Shown here: positions 37,143-46,498 of the stretch, piece by piece
Layout of the letters: each line of letters begins with the position of its first letter
How positions within the stretch are numbered: the stretch's first letter is position 1
NCBI GenBank assembly: GCA_040005235.1
Contig: JBDTZG010000003.1
Location: forward strand, 64,001-128,000
DNA: 64,000 nt
Source: Acidobacteriota bacterium
Lineage (GTDB): Bacteria > Acidobacteriota > Thermoanaerobaculia > Multivoradales > UBA5704
Reading direction: 5' to 3'
Made by a program: the position numbers and the translations under genes
Notes under the pieces: model-generated
Told to the model about the DNA's origin: nothing
What the model saw: the letters and a program-made list of their open reading frames with translations, nothing else
Databases searched by the model: none

Positions 37143-39599
37143 ATGCCTTCGCTCGCACCGGCCGTTCGTCAGTTGTTCCGCCGTCCGCCGATCGGCGCCA
37201 CTTTGGCGCTCGCCGCCGGACTCGCCGGTTCGCTCGTGCTGCTCGCGGTGGCGGACGCGATGCTGTTTCACCCTTTGCCTGGGGTGGTGCATCCGGAACG
37301 GTTGTTTACCATCGCGCAGCCGAATCTTTCCTACCTGTCGCTACGCGATTTCACCGCGGCGGCAGAGGCGCGCGGCACCGGGATCGAAGGGTTCGCCGGC
37401 TATTCCCACCGGTCGTTCGCGCTGGAGATCGATGGCGAGCCGGTGCGCCTGCTAGGCGCTGCGGTCGTGGGAAATTACTTCCCGCTGCTCGGCGCGCACG
37501 CCGCAGAAGGCCGCCTGCTCGGCTCGATCGACGACGCGCCGGACGCGGCGCCCGCGGTCGTTCTCTCCTCCGCGCTCTGGCGTTCCCGATTCGGTGGCCG
37601 GGCCGACGTAGTAGGCCGACCGGTCCGCCTGAACGGCGTGACGTTCGAGGTCGTGGGCATTGTCGCGCCGCCGTTCCGCGGCTTGACGCGCGAGCACGAC
37701 CCGGCGCTTTGGGTCTCGGCTTCGGCCTGGATGCGCTCCGCCCCGCGTTCGTTCGCCAGCCTTGGGCTCGGCACGCGCAGCTGGAGCTGGCTGCGCGCGT
37801 TCGGCCGCCTGGCGCCCGACGGCAATTTCGCCCGCGCGACGGCGGTGCTGAACGCCGAGGCGAAGCGGCAGGAGAGCGCCTATCCGGACGACACGCGAAA
37901 AGGCTTCGAGGTCGAGCTGGCTCCCGCCGAGCGTTTCGCCGCCGGATTCGGCTCAGCGCGCACGGCCAACACCGCCGAGGGCGCGCTGGGCGCCCTGGTC
38001 GCCCTCTTGGTGGCGCTCTCGGTCGCGAGCGCCGCGCATTTGTTCCTTGCCCGCGGCGAGGCGCGCCGCCGTGAGCTTTCGACCCGTCTGGCGCTCGGCG
38101 CCAATCGGCGGGCGCTCGCCGCCCTGCTGCTCGCCGAGCCGATCGCGGCTTCGCTCGCCTCCGCGGCGCTTGCGGTCCTGGCGGCACGCGGCCTGCTCGC
38201 CCTGCTCGCCGAGTGGTACCTGCCCGGCGGAATGCGCCTGGGAGATCTCGGCTTGGCCATCGACCCGCGCGTGGCGGCGTCCGGCTTCGCGCTCGCCCTG
38301 TTCGCCGGGCTCGCCGCGGGATGGCTCCCCGCGCGACGCCTGCTCGGCACCGATCTCGCCCGCGCGCTCGCGGCCCGCTCGATCGGCGATCGAACCGCCT
38401 CGCGCAGCCGCCGCGGTCTCGCCGCGGCCCAGGTGGCGGTCGCCCTCGTGCTGGTCGCGGCGACTGCGCTCGCGGCCCGAGCGCTCTCCCGCGCGGCGCA
38501 GGTCGAAACCGGCTTCGATGGCGAAAAAATAGGCTTTGCCACGCTCGACCCTGGGCTCGCGCGACTGCCCGGCGAACAGGTGGCGGCGCTCCGCGGCGAA
38601 GCGCTCGCGGCGGTCCGAGCGCTACCGCAGGTGGCGAGCGCCTCCCTCGTCTCCTTGCTGCCGCTCGACCACGGCGCCGATAGCGAGACGTTGTCGATCG
38701 AAGGGTATATTCCGGCGCCCGACGAACAGGTGGAGGCGGAGATTCAGCTCGTCGGCCCCGGAGCGCTGTCCACCCTTGGCACCCGCATGGTCGCCGGCCG
38801 CGAGCTGGACGAGCGCGACCGCCAAGGCACGGAACGCACGGCGGTCGTCTCGCGCTCTTTTGCCAACAGGTATTTCTCCGCCAGGGGGGCCGGCAAAGGT
38901 ACCGGCCGCCATGAAGCGCTCGGAGCCCGGCTCGAAATGTTCGCCGGCCCGGCAACGATCGTCGGCATCGCGGAAGACGTCCACGCCCACGGGCTCGGAG
39001 AGATGCAGCCGCCCGCCGTCTATCTGGCGTTCGCCCAGCTCCCCGCCGACAAGGCGCCGGAGAGCTTCTCGGTGATTTACCGCGCCCGCACCTCCGCGGC
39101 CGAAGCCCTACCCGAAGTCCACGCCGCGCTGCTCGCCGCGGCCCCCAGCGCACCGATCTCGCCGGAAGGTACGTTTGCCGACCTCTACGCCGCAACCGTC
39201 GCGCCGCAACGCCTGGCCGCCGCCCTGTTCGGCCTTTTCGGAGGGATCGGAACCCTCCTCGCCGCGAGCGGCCTCTACGGCCTCGTCGCCTTCGCCGCCG
39301 CCGCCCGAACCCGCGAGATCGGCCTGCGCATGGCGCTCGGCGCCCGTCCCTCGGGCATTCTTCGCCTGGTCGCGGCCGACGCCCTCCGGCCGGCGATCCT
39401 AGGCACGCTGATCGGAGCGGCGCTCGCTGTACCGCTCGCGTTCGCCGCCCGCGGCGTCGCCTACGGCCTCGAAGGCTTCGATCCTCTGGCGCTAGCAGTC
39501 GCCGCCGCGATTCTCCTCGCCGCCGCAGGGCTGGCGGTGATCCGCCCGGCACGGGCGGCGGCGAAAGCCGATCCGACCGCGGCGCTGCGGGCGGAGTGA
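37143..39599 (+). CDS. ADOP-family duplicated MacB/FtsX ABC permease (no adjacent ATPase)
   Basis: Two MacB-PCD/FtsX halves (RRRELSTRLALGA; RTREIGLRMALGA), terminal DPTAALRAE, and GAGGAGG RBS. Confidence 0.9.
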   Translation: MPSLAPAVRQLFRRPPIGATLALAAGLAGSLVLLAVADAMLFHPLPGVVHPERLFTIAQPNLSYLSLRDFTAAAEARGTGIEGFAGYSHRSFALEIDGEPVRLLGAAVVGNYFPLLGAHAAEGRLLGSIDDAPDAAPAVVLSSALWRSRFGGRADVVGRPVRLNGVTFEVVGIVAPPFRGLTREHDPALWVSASAWMRSAPRSFASLGLGTRSWSWLRAFGRLAPDGNFARATAVLNAEAKRQESAYPDDTRKGFEVELAPAERFAAGFGSARTANTAEGALGALVALLVALSVASAAHLFLARGEARRRELSTRLALGANRRALAALLLAEPIAASLASAALAVLAARGLLALLAEWYLPGGMRLGDLGLAIDPRVAASGFALALFAGLAAGWLPARRLLGTDLARALAARSIGDRTASRSRRGLAAAQVAVALVLVAATALAARALSRAAQVETGFDGEKIGFATLDPGLARLPGEQVAALRGEALAAVRALPQVASASLVSLLPLDHGADSETLSIEGYIPAPDEQVEAEIQLVGPGALSTLGTRMVAGRELDERDRQGTERTAVVSRSFANRYFSARGAGKGTGRHEALGARLEMFAGPATIVGIAEDVHAHGLGEMQPPAVYLAFAQLPADKAPESFSVIYRARTSAAEALPEVHAALLAAAPSAPISPEGTFADLYAATVAPQRLAAALFGLFGGIGTLLAASGLYGLVAFAAAARTREIGLRMALGARPSGILRLVAADALRPAILGTLIGAALAVPLAFAARGVAYGLEGFDPLALAVAAAILLAAAGLAVIRPARAAAKADPTAALRAE

Positions 39600-39647
39600 G
39601 GGATTAGGAGCCGCAGACACTGGACGCCCTGCGGTACTCTTGGAGTG

Positions 39648-40331
39648 ATGAACGAGGAGATCCGGGACTGGGAGCGCTTGTTGGCCGCCGAACGCCATCT
39701 CCAGGCGCTCATTCCCACCGCTGTCCTGGTGGGCGGCACGGCGGCGGCGCTGCATGCCGGTCATCGTATTAGCCTCGACGGCGACCATGTGGTGACCGAT
39801 CTGCGCGAACGCTTTGACCAAGTCCTATCGGACCTCGAAGCGATCTCCGGCTGGAAAACCAAGCGGGTACGACCGCCCGTCCTCATCCTCGGTAGGCTCG
39901 ACGGAATCCTCACCGGGATCCGCCAGCTGCGTCGCGTCCGGCCTCTAGAAACAGAGGAGGTGGCGGGCTTGCGGGTTCCAACTCTCGCCGAGATGGCGCG
40001 GATCAAGGCCTGGCTGTTGGTGACCCGAGTCACCACTCGCGATTATCTCGACACCGTCGTGCTTTTCGAGCGCCTCGGCGAGCAGGGAACGCGCAGCGCG
40101 CTCGCCGATCTCGATGAAATCTATCCGCAAAAAAACGGCGCATCGGTGCTCACCGAGGTCATCGAGCGTCTGGGCGCCGCCCAGCCGGCCGACGCGGCGC
40201 GAATCGAACTCTCCGGATATCGCGGTTTACAAGCTCCGTGGAACGATTGGCACTATCTGGCGGGGCGGGGCCGCGATTGGGCGCAAACACTCTCTACGAT
40301 GATCTTGAAGCGCGACGAAGAACTCCAATGA
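39648..40331 (+). CDS. AbiEii-like nucleotidyltransferase (type IV TA toxin-like)
   Basis: LVGGTAAALHAGHRISLDGD (GGT...HRxSxDxD), K.W and RDYLD. Confidence 0.75.
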   Translation: MNEEIRDWERLLAAERHLQALIPTAVLVGGTAAALHAGHRISLDGDHVVTDLRERFDQVLSDLEAISGWKTKRVRPPVLILGRLDGILTGIRQLRRVRPLETEEVAGLRVPTLAEMARIKAWLLVTRVTTRDYLDTVVLFERLGEQGTRSALADLDEIYPQKNGASVLTEVIERLGAAQPADAARIELSGYRGLQAPWNDWHYLAGRGRDWAQTLSTMILKRDEELQ

Positions 40332-40624
40332 GCTTCGACCTATCCCGCTCGCAGGCCTTGTGGAACCGGAACAGCCTCAACCTCGAAAGCGACGAGGTGT
40401 TGACGCAGATCCTCGATCGGGGCGAGATAGAAGCCTGGCGGGAGATCTATCGCTTGGCGTCCGGTTCCGAGCCGTCGGCGGTGGCACTACGGAAGCGAAT
40501 CGTCCACATCTGCCGTACGGTCCCGATTGGCTTTCCGCATTTCTTCCTTGCCGCCATGGGCTCTCTCGGCGAACGGCTCGAGCCCTATCCGGAAGTACCG
40601 CCGCCGATGGACGATATTGCCTGA
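40328..40624 (+). CDS. Small protein coupled to the nucleotidyltransferase, putative antitoxin
   Basis: ATGA overlap; ALWN...QILDRGEIEAWREI resembles small partners of such NTases (DUF6922-like, from memory). Confidence 0.65.
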   Translation: MSFDLSRSQALWNRNSLNLESDEVLTQILDRGEIEAWREIYRLASGSEPSAVALRKRIVHICRTVPIGFPHFFLAAMGSLGERLEPYPEVPPPMDDIA

Positions 40625-40740
40625 CGTCACGATTCTCCTTTCCAGTGCCGTTGGGTTAAATGCAAACCCAAAGCCATCATTCGACCGCCTGGCCTATTCT
40701 GCGCGTACTATTCAATCGCGGGGCGACCTCAGGAGGATTC

Positions 40741-41718
40741 ATGCGCGGATGCCTCAAGATTGCGTTCTTTGGCATCGTACTTCCGCTGATCGTATTCGCG
40801 GGTCTCGGGTTTTGGGCACTTCGTCACAAGTTGCCGACCGAGCCACAATTGCCCGGCAAGGTCGAGCGCGGCGCGCTTGAGCATGGGAGACACAGGCGAA
40901 CGTGGATCGCGTATGTCCCCACGAAGCCGCAGGCGCATCCGGCGCTGGTGTTCGCGCTGCACGGCTCGATGGGCACGACGGAGCAGGCGCGCCAGGTCTA
41001 CGGATACGACTTCGATCGGCTCGCGGAAGAGCATGGTTTCATCGCGGTCTATCCGCAGGGGTACGAAGGCCACTGGAACGACTGCAGAGTGAAGGGGCCG
41101 TTCGCCGCGAAGATCGAGAACGTCGACGACGTGGGCTTCCTCCATGCGCTCGTCGATCGCCTCGTGAAGGATCATGATGCCGACCGCGAGCACGTCTACG
41201 TGACTGGCGTATCGAATGGCGGCGCGATGACGATTCGTCTCGCTCTGCAGACGCCGGGTTTCGCGCGCGCGTATGCCGCCGTCGTCGCCAGCATGCCCGC
41301 GCCGGAGAACCTCGCCGTCACGCCGAAGGGCGAGCCGGTGTCGATACTCCTCATGAACGGCACCGCCGACCCTTTCAATCCGTGGGACGGCGGAGATGTC
41401 GTGCTTTACGGCGTGTATGGAAACCGCGGGCCCGTCCTCTCCGCGCAGGCGAGCATCGACTACTTCCTCAAGCTCGACGGACTCGGCGGTCCTCCGGCAA
41501 CGACGCAATTTCCCGACACCGACGCGAACGATGGCAGCACCGCTGAAAGCCAACGCTGGACCGCCCCCGGCAAACGCAACGTAACGCTTATCAAGATTCA
41601 AGGCGGCGGTCACGCCCTGCCCCATCCCGCCACGCAAGGCCCGCGCTTGCTCGGCAGCTCCAACCGTGACTTCCACGCCGCGAACGAGATTTGGGACTTT
41701 TTCCAGCAGGCACCGTGA
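40741..41718 (+). CDS. LpqC/PHB-depolymerase-family esterase
   Basis: LVFALHG, VYPQG...WND, DDVGFL, TGVSNGG nucleophile, NGTADP and GGGH; AGGAGG RBS. Confidence 0.88.
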   Translation: MRGCLKIAFFGIVLPLIVFAGLGFWALRHKLPTEPQLPGKVERGALEHGRHRRTWIAYVPTKPQAHPALVFALHGSMGTTEQARQVYGYDFDRLAEEHGFIAVYPQGYEGHWNDCRVKGPFAAKIENVDDVGFLHALVDRLVKDHDADREHVYVTGVSNGGAMTIRLALQTPGFARAYAAVVASMPAPENLAVTPKGEPVSILLMNGTADPFNPWDGGDVVLYGVYGNRGPVLSAQASIDYFLKLDGLGGPPATTQFPDTDANDGSTAESQRWTAPGKRNVTLIKIQGGGHALPHPATQGPRLLGSSNRDFHAANEIWDFFQQAP

Positions 41719-41759
41719 CGAGGTAACCGCTACTACGCGCCGGGCCATCGGAAGACATC

Positions 41760-42140
41760 TCCGAATCAGCCGAAGAGATCCTCCGGCCGGCCGAAGAGAC
41801 TCCCCCATCCGCCCGGAGATCTCCACCGCCGATCGGGAACGTCTACCACGATTAAAACTCTCCCCCGCGGTCTCCGGAAGAGGCCTTCCGAAGATCCGAA
41901 GAGCGCTCCGCATCGCCCGAAGGGAGCTCCCGATCTTCCGGAGAGGCTCACGGTCTTTCCGAAGTCAGCTCCGAATGGCCGGAAGATGGTTCCCGGACGC
42001 CGGTGACCCTTCCGGACGTTCCGGCATTCTCTTCGGTCGGCCGGAAGTCGCCTTCGGACCGTCCGAAGAGCCCTTCGAAGGGGGCGGAGACGGCTCCGGT
42101 CGGGCGCGCCGGGCAACGGCTCGACCGGCCCGAAGATTCC
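41760..42140. repeat. Degenerate 21-bp-period repeat tract
   Basis: ccgaag/cggaag recurs every 21 nt, e.g. ccgaagagcgctccgcatcgc|ccgaagggagctcccgatctt|ccggagaggctcacggtcttt|ccgaagtcagctccgaatggc. Boundaries approximate. Confidence 0.65.
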
Positions 42141-42304
42141 GGCCGCTTCGGTGCCGAGCTGGTGCTCGGCGGTCCCGGGAACGGCGTTTGCGGATGATAT
42201 CGCGCTGTGCGGTCGGGGATTTCTTCGGACTCTGGATCGGGCGCGAGTGGCTCCGGCGAGAGAGTCTAGGCTCCGGAACGGTTCGCGGGAGGCAGAACCG
42301 GCTC

Positions 42305-42697
42305 TCACACCGCGGCGGATTTCGTGATCAGCTCTTCCAGCACCCCAAGATCCACGTCAGCCAACCGCTTGATGTAAAGGCACAGCCCCTTACTTCGCTT
42401 GTGCTTGCCCAACCGCGCGAGGAGATCGTCGTCGAGGCTGCTCAGGTAGAGCGTCAGGTCCGACTTGCGGGGTGAGAAACCAACCACGGGCCAGTCGTTC
42501 TCTTTGCCGTTGGCGTATTTCATCCGGTAGGAGCCGAAGCCGACGATCGCCGGCCCCCACATGATCGCCGGTCTGCCGGTTACTTTTTTGAAGAGTTTCA
42601 CGAGCGTTCGGCAGTCGTCGCAGCGCGCTTCCGGTTCGAGGCGATCGATGAAGGCGTCGACGCTTTCGCCGGTCGGCCGGGTCTTGGGTTCGGCCAT
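42305..42697 (-). CDS. DUF1801 (YdhG-like) protein
   Basis: KTRPTGESVDAFI, MWGPAIVGFGSY, GFSPRK, LGKHK and CLYIKRLADVD. Confidence 0.88.
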   Translation of the reverse strand: MAEPKTRPTGESVDAFIDRLEPEARCDDCRTLVKLFKKVTGRPAIMWGPAIVGFGSYRMKYANGKENDWPVVGFSPRKSDLTLYLSSLDDDLLARLGKHKRSKGLCLYIKRLADVDLGVLEELITKSAAV

Positions 42698-42713
42698 GTC
42701 CTGCTCCACTCCC

Positions 42714-43979
42714 CTAGTTCGCGATCGCGATCGCGGCGTTGACGAAGATCGGCGGTCCGTCGTCCTGGTTGCCGGTCGTGTTCTGCGGCACCGTGAAGCG
42801 GTCGACCGCGCCCTTCTGGAAGGCGACCGCCATGCTCGAGCCGCCGTAGCTGAAGCGGCCCAGCTCTTGGCCTTTCACCACCTGATCTCCGACTTTGACC
42901 TCGAAGCTCACCGAGGAGATCTCGGTGATGCCGATCGGGATGACGCAGACCATGCCGATTACCGGATCGTCGCTTTCGATGAACATCAGGCCGCGCGTGT
43001 TGACCGACGCCTCGTAGCCTTGCGAATAAGTGGACGCGGTCGGATCGAAGCCGGCGGATTCGGCGTTGCTGAACATCAAGCCGTTCACCTTCTCGACTCG
43101 GACCACGCGGCCGGCGATCGGTGCACGCCAGCGATGATAGTCGGAGCCCGAGAGGAACGACTGGAAAACGTCTCCGCCGACGAACCGATCGACGTAGTGG
43201 CCGCACAATATGTCGTGGAGCGAGTAGGGCTGCCCTTTGAGCCAAAACTGCGCGCTCGCCTGGACGCTCCGCTCCCAGGTGACGACCGTGCCGTCGTTCG
43301 GCGAGACGATCACCCGCGGATCGTTCGGCGCCGAGATCGGCCGCAGCTCGGGTTTGATCTGGCGGTGGAAATAGGCATTGAACGATTCGAAACCCCAATG
43401 CGGCGCGGCGCGGTCGGGGATCACGAACTCGATCAGCCTGTTCTGCTCATAGGCGGGCTGCGACAGCCAGCCGAATTCGCCCTCGTTGATCACGTAGAGG
43501 CTCGCCGGGCTGTCGAGGAAGTGGCACCATTCCTCAAGGATTGCGCGCAGCGCGTCGTTGAACGCGGGGTAGCGGAACGCGGCCTCCCCGGACGGCGTCA
43601 TCATCATGTAGGTAAACAGGGTCGAGACGGGGAACGAGTTCTGCTTCGAAGGATCCCGGTTGTATGCCGGCGCCGAGCGGACGATCCAATCGAGCGCTGC
43701 GAGCATCTCGGACACGTCGTCGATCTGTTTGTGCTGGGCCGGAACCTGATCGATCATCTTGGTTACGTACATGCGGGCAACGCCGTCGCGCTCGATCAAC
43801 CGCGCAAGGGCCGAAACGGAGGGCGAGACGATCCCCATGCCCCTCGCCGGCGCGATCTCCTTTTTGAGATTGACCTGCCATTCGTCGACCGCCGCCCGCT
43901 TCTTCGGAAGATATCCGGCGACCCTGCCGAACGAGTTCCGATATCGCTCGTCGATCGACCGCTCCAGCTCGTCGCTCAT
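42714..43979 (-). CDS. Phosphatidylserine-decarboxylase family, PsiD-like soluble pyruvoyl decarboxylase
   Basis: SFNAYFHR, SPND, KGQPYSL, DYHRWRAP, EISS and KGQELGRFSYGGSS self-cleavage motif; N-terminal helical domain with W..FLDSPAS. Confidence 0.88.
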   Translation of the reverse strand: MSDELERSIDERYRNSFGRVAGYLPKKRAAVDEWQVNLKKEIAPARGMGIVSPSVSALARLIERDGVARMYVTKMIDQVPAQHKQIDDVSEMLAALDWIVRSAPAYNRDPSKQNSFPVSTLFTYMMMTPSGEAAFRYPAFNDALRAILEEWCHFLDSPASLYVINEGEFGWLSQPAYEQNRLIEFVIPDRAAPHWGFESFNAYFHRQIKPELRPISAPNDPRVIVSPNDGTVVTWERSVQASAQFWLKGQPYSLHDILCGHYVDRFVGGDVFQSFLSGSDYHRWRAPIAGRVVRVEKVNGLMFSNAESAGFDPTASTYSQGYEASVNTRGLMFIESDDPVIGMVCVIPIGITEISSVSFEVKVGDQVVKGQELGRFSYGGSSMAVAFQKGAVDRFTVPQNTTGNQDDGPPIFVNAAIAIAN

Positions 43980-44050
43980 GGGTGCCTCTCCGTCGCTGTT
44001 GTCCTGCGGAAGCTATCAGAGGGAGTCCCTCTTCCTCGAAGCCGTCAGGA

Positions 44051-44380
44051 TCAGTCCACGGGAAACACCGCCTGCAACCGCCAGAAACTGCGTTCGGGCG
44101 GGCCGACGAACAGCGGCCCGGCGCTGGCCTTGAAGGCGAGCAGGTGCGGCGTTTTGAGGTGCGGACCGAGGTAGGCCTCGCGGCTGGTCCATTCTTCGAA
44201 CAGGAAGATGCGCGCCGGGTCCGCCGGATCTTGGTAGAGCCGAATGGAGAAGCAATCGGGCTCGGTGGCGACGACGATCGCGATCAGCTCCGTGAGCGCG
44301 CCGACGGCTTTGTCGATCTGGTCGGACTGGGCTTTGTAGGTGATGGCGACAGTGGTGACGGAGGTAGACGTTTGGGTCAT
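44051..44380 (-). CDS. ABM/YgiN-family putative quinol monooxygenase
   Basis: EPDC...YQDPADPARIFLFEEW...HLKTPHL. Confidence 0.85.
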   Translation of the reverse strand: MTQTSTSVTTVAITYKAQSDQIDKAVGALTELIAIVVATEPDCFSIRLYQDPADPARIFLFEEWTSREAYLGPHLKTPHLLAFKASAGPLFVGPPERSFWRLQAVFPVD

Positions 44381-44392
44381 TTGGGTCTCCAG

Positions 44393-45379
44393 CTACCGGC
44401 AGGCGTAAGCCGACTTGGCGAGAGCCGCGGCGTAGATCGCGTGGGCTTCCGCCGTCGGGTGGGGATCTTCGTGGCTGACCCAGAAGCGCTTGCCAGGACC
44501 GGGAGGGAAGGCGTGGGAGGGATCGATGACCTCGAAGCCGTTGGCCTTCGCCAGCTCGGCGACGCGGCCGAACAGACCCTTGAACGGGCCGAAGTCTTTC
44601 GGCTCGTGCAGCTCGGGAAGCAGTAGCACGGTGCCGGGAATGCCGTCCTCGCGGAGCATCTGGCCGAGGTGGGCCATCTCCCGCTTCGTCCCTTCCCAGC
44701 CGGGCAAGCCGTCCTTGTAGAGACCTTGGTAATAAGGCTCATAGTGCTGGAACGGTCCGGAGAGGCGTTGCAGCCGCGCCGAAGCGAGCGAGATCAGGGC
44801 GGAGTTCCAGAAGAACGGGTTGAAGTTTGGCACCGCGTCCGGCTCGGCGTCGTTATAGGAGTAACCGACGATCACCCATTTCGGCTTTAGAGGCCGCAGC
44901 CGCGCCTCGTATCGTTTCACCTCCATGGAGGTGTTGCAGTTGCCGATCCCGGCGTTCAACACCGTCGCCCGCGGCGCCCCTTCCTTCGGGCACTGGTCGG
45001 CGAGCACCCGTTCGAGCTGCGAGGGAAAGGTGTCTTTTTCCGCCGCCCCCCAGCCAAAGGTCACCGAATCGCCGAGCGCCACTACCAGCCGGTCGTTCGG
45101 GGTCCGCGCCGCTTCGGTCGCCGGATCGGCGCGCCGCAGGCCCTTGTCGTCGGTGCGGACGGTGACCCCCATCAGCAGCTCGTCGGCGTTCGGCCGGTGC
45201 TCTTCGACCACGCCGGGAACGTCGGATTCGATTTTGATCGCCTTGGCGTAGCGCCACATTTCGACGTCGAACACGTGGAGGGAGTATTTGGACAAGACTC
45301 GCAGAGCGACTTCCGCAACTCCGAACGTCAGGAGCAGGCTGATCGACAGGACGAGCAGACTTTTGAGCAGCTTGTTCAC
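44393..45379 (-). CDS. SGNH/GDSL hydrolase family protein, membrane anchored
   Basis: LGDSVTFGWG, VLNAGIG, YSYND and DPHP; N-terminal TM with AEVALR. Confidence 0.88.
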   Translation of the reverse strand: MNKLLKSLLVLSISLLLTFGVAEVALRVLSKYSLHVFDVEMWRYAKAIKIESDVPGVVEEHRPNADELLMGVTVRTDDKGLRRADPATEAARTPNDRLVVALGDSVTFGWGAAEKDTFPSQLERVLADQCPKEGAPRATVLNAGIGNCNTSMEVKRYEARLRPLKPKWVIVGYSYNDAEPDAVPNFNPFFWNSALISLASARLQRLSGPFQHYEPYYQGLYKDGLPGWEGTKREMAHLGQMLREDGIPGTVLLLPELHEPKDFGPFKGLFGRVAELAKANGFEVIDPSHAFPPGPGKRFWVSHEDPHPTAEAHAIYAAALAKSAYACR

Positions 45380-45659
45380 CGGGCACCTCGGAGGGGGCGG
45401 CGGCAAACCAGCCACCCGGGACAGTTCCAGGACCGGCGAACGATAGCTCAAGTCGGGGGGCGAGGGCGGGGCGCCGTCTCGTTCGCCTCCTGGGGCAGAA
45501 AGATCGGGGGGACCCGGAAGAACCGGGCCCCCTTATCAACGTCAACGAGTGCTACCCCTTATGTGCCTATACCTACGGGCAAGCCGGTCCGGGCGTTTAG
45601 GTGACCCCTCGCTTCCGGCAGGAAAAAACCGGGATCGTTCCGGCGATATGATCCGCTCC

Positions 45660-46415
45660 ATGCCGCTCACCGTCGCCACCTGGAACGTCAACGGCGTCCG
45701 CGCCCGGGCCGAGCAGGTGCTCGGATATCTCGCCCGCGACCGCCCGGATGTCCTTTGCCTGCAAGAGATCAAGGCCACCGCTGTGCAAGTTCCCGCGCCG
45801 CTTGCCGAGCACCCGGACTACTGGTCGTTCTGGCACGGGGCGGGCGGCTATTCGGGAGTCTGCCTGCTGCTCGCGAAGGCGCGTTTCCCCGAGCTGCCGC
45901 GGTTCGAGCATCCGTCGTTCGACATGGAGACCCGGGTGGTCACCGCCGAGGCGGAGGGAATGTTCTTCGCCTCGATCTACGTGCCGAACGGCGGCAAGGA
46001 CTACGCGGCGAAGATCGCGTTCCTGGAAGGGATGCGCAATTGGGCCGGAACGCTCCGCGAGAGAAGCCGGCCGACCTTCCTGTGCGGCGATTTCAACATC
46101 GCGCGCGAGGAGCGCGACGTCCACCCGAAAGAGAGGAAACCCGACCAGATCGGCACGCGCCCCGAGGAGCAGGCTCTCCTCGAAGGCATCCTCGGCCACG
46201 GCTTGACCGATGTCGGCCGCGCGCTCGATCCCGACAACGACAACCTGTTCACCTGGTGGGCGCCCTGGCGCAACCTGCGGCAGCGGAACATCGGCTGGCG
46301 CATCGACTACGTCGCGGCGAGTCACGCAGCCGCCTCGACCGCGACCCGGAGCGGAGTCCTCGCAGACTACGGCACGAGCGACCACGCGCCGGTGGTGGCG
46401 GAGTTCGCGATGTAA
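45660..46415 (+). CDS. xth: Exodeoxyribonuclease III / AP endonuclease
   Basis: ATWNVNG, LCLQEIK, GYSGV, SIYVPNG, CGDFNIA, FTWW, GWRIDY and SDHAPV. Confidence 0.95.
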   Translation: MPLTVATWNVNGVRARAEQVLGYLARDRPDVLCLQEIKATAVQVPAPLAEHPDYWSFWHGAGGYSGVCLLLAKARFPELPRFEHPSFDMETRVVTAEAEGMFFASIYVPNGGKDYAAKIAFLEGMRNWAGTLRERSRPTFLCGDFNIAREERDVHPKERKPDQIGTRPEEQALLEGILGHGLTDVGRALDPDNDNLFTWWAPWRNLRQRNIGWRIDYVAASHAAASTATRSGVLADYGTSDHAPVVAEFAM

Positions 46416-46498
46416 CCGATTCTTGCGTCATTCCTCTGTAAGAAAGGGAGCGATAGGCTCCGGTTCGTCGAACGGTTTCGATCTCGAAGGAGATCTCC

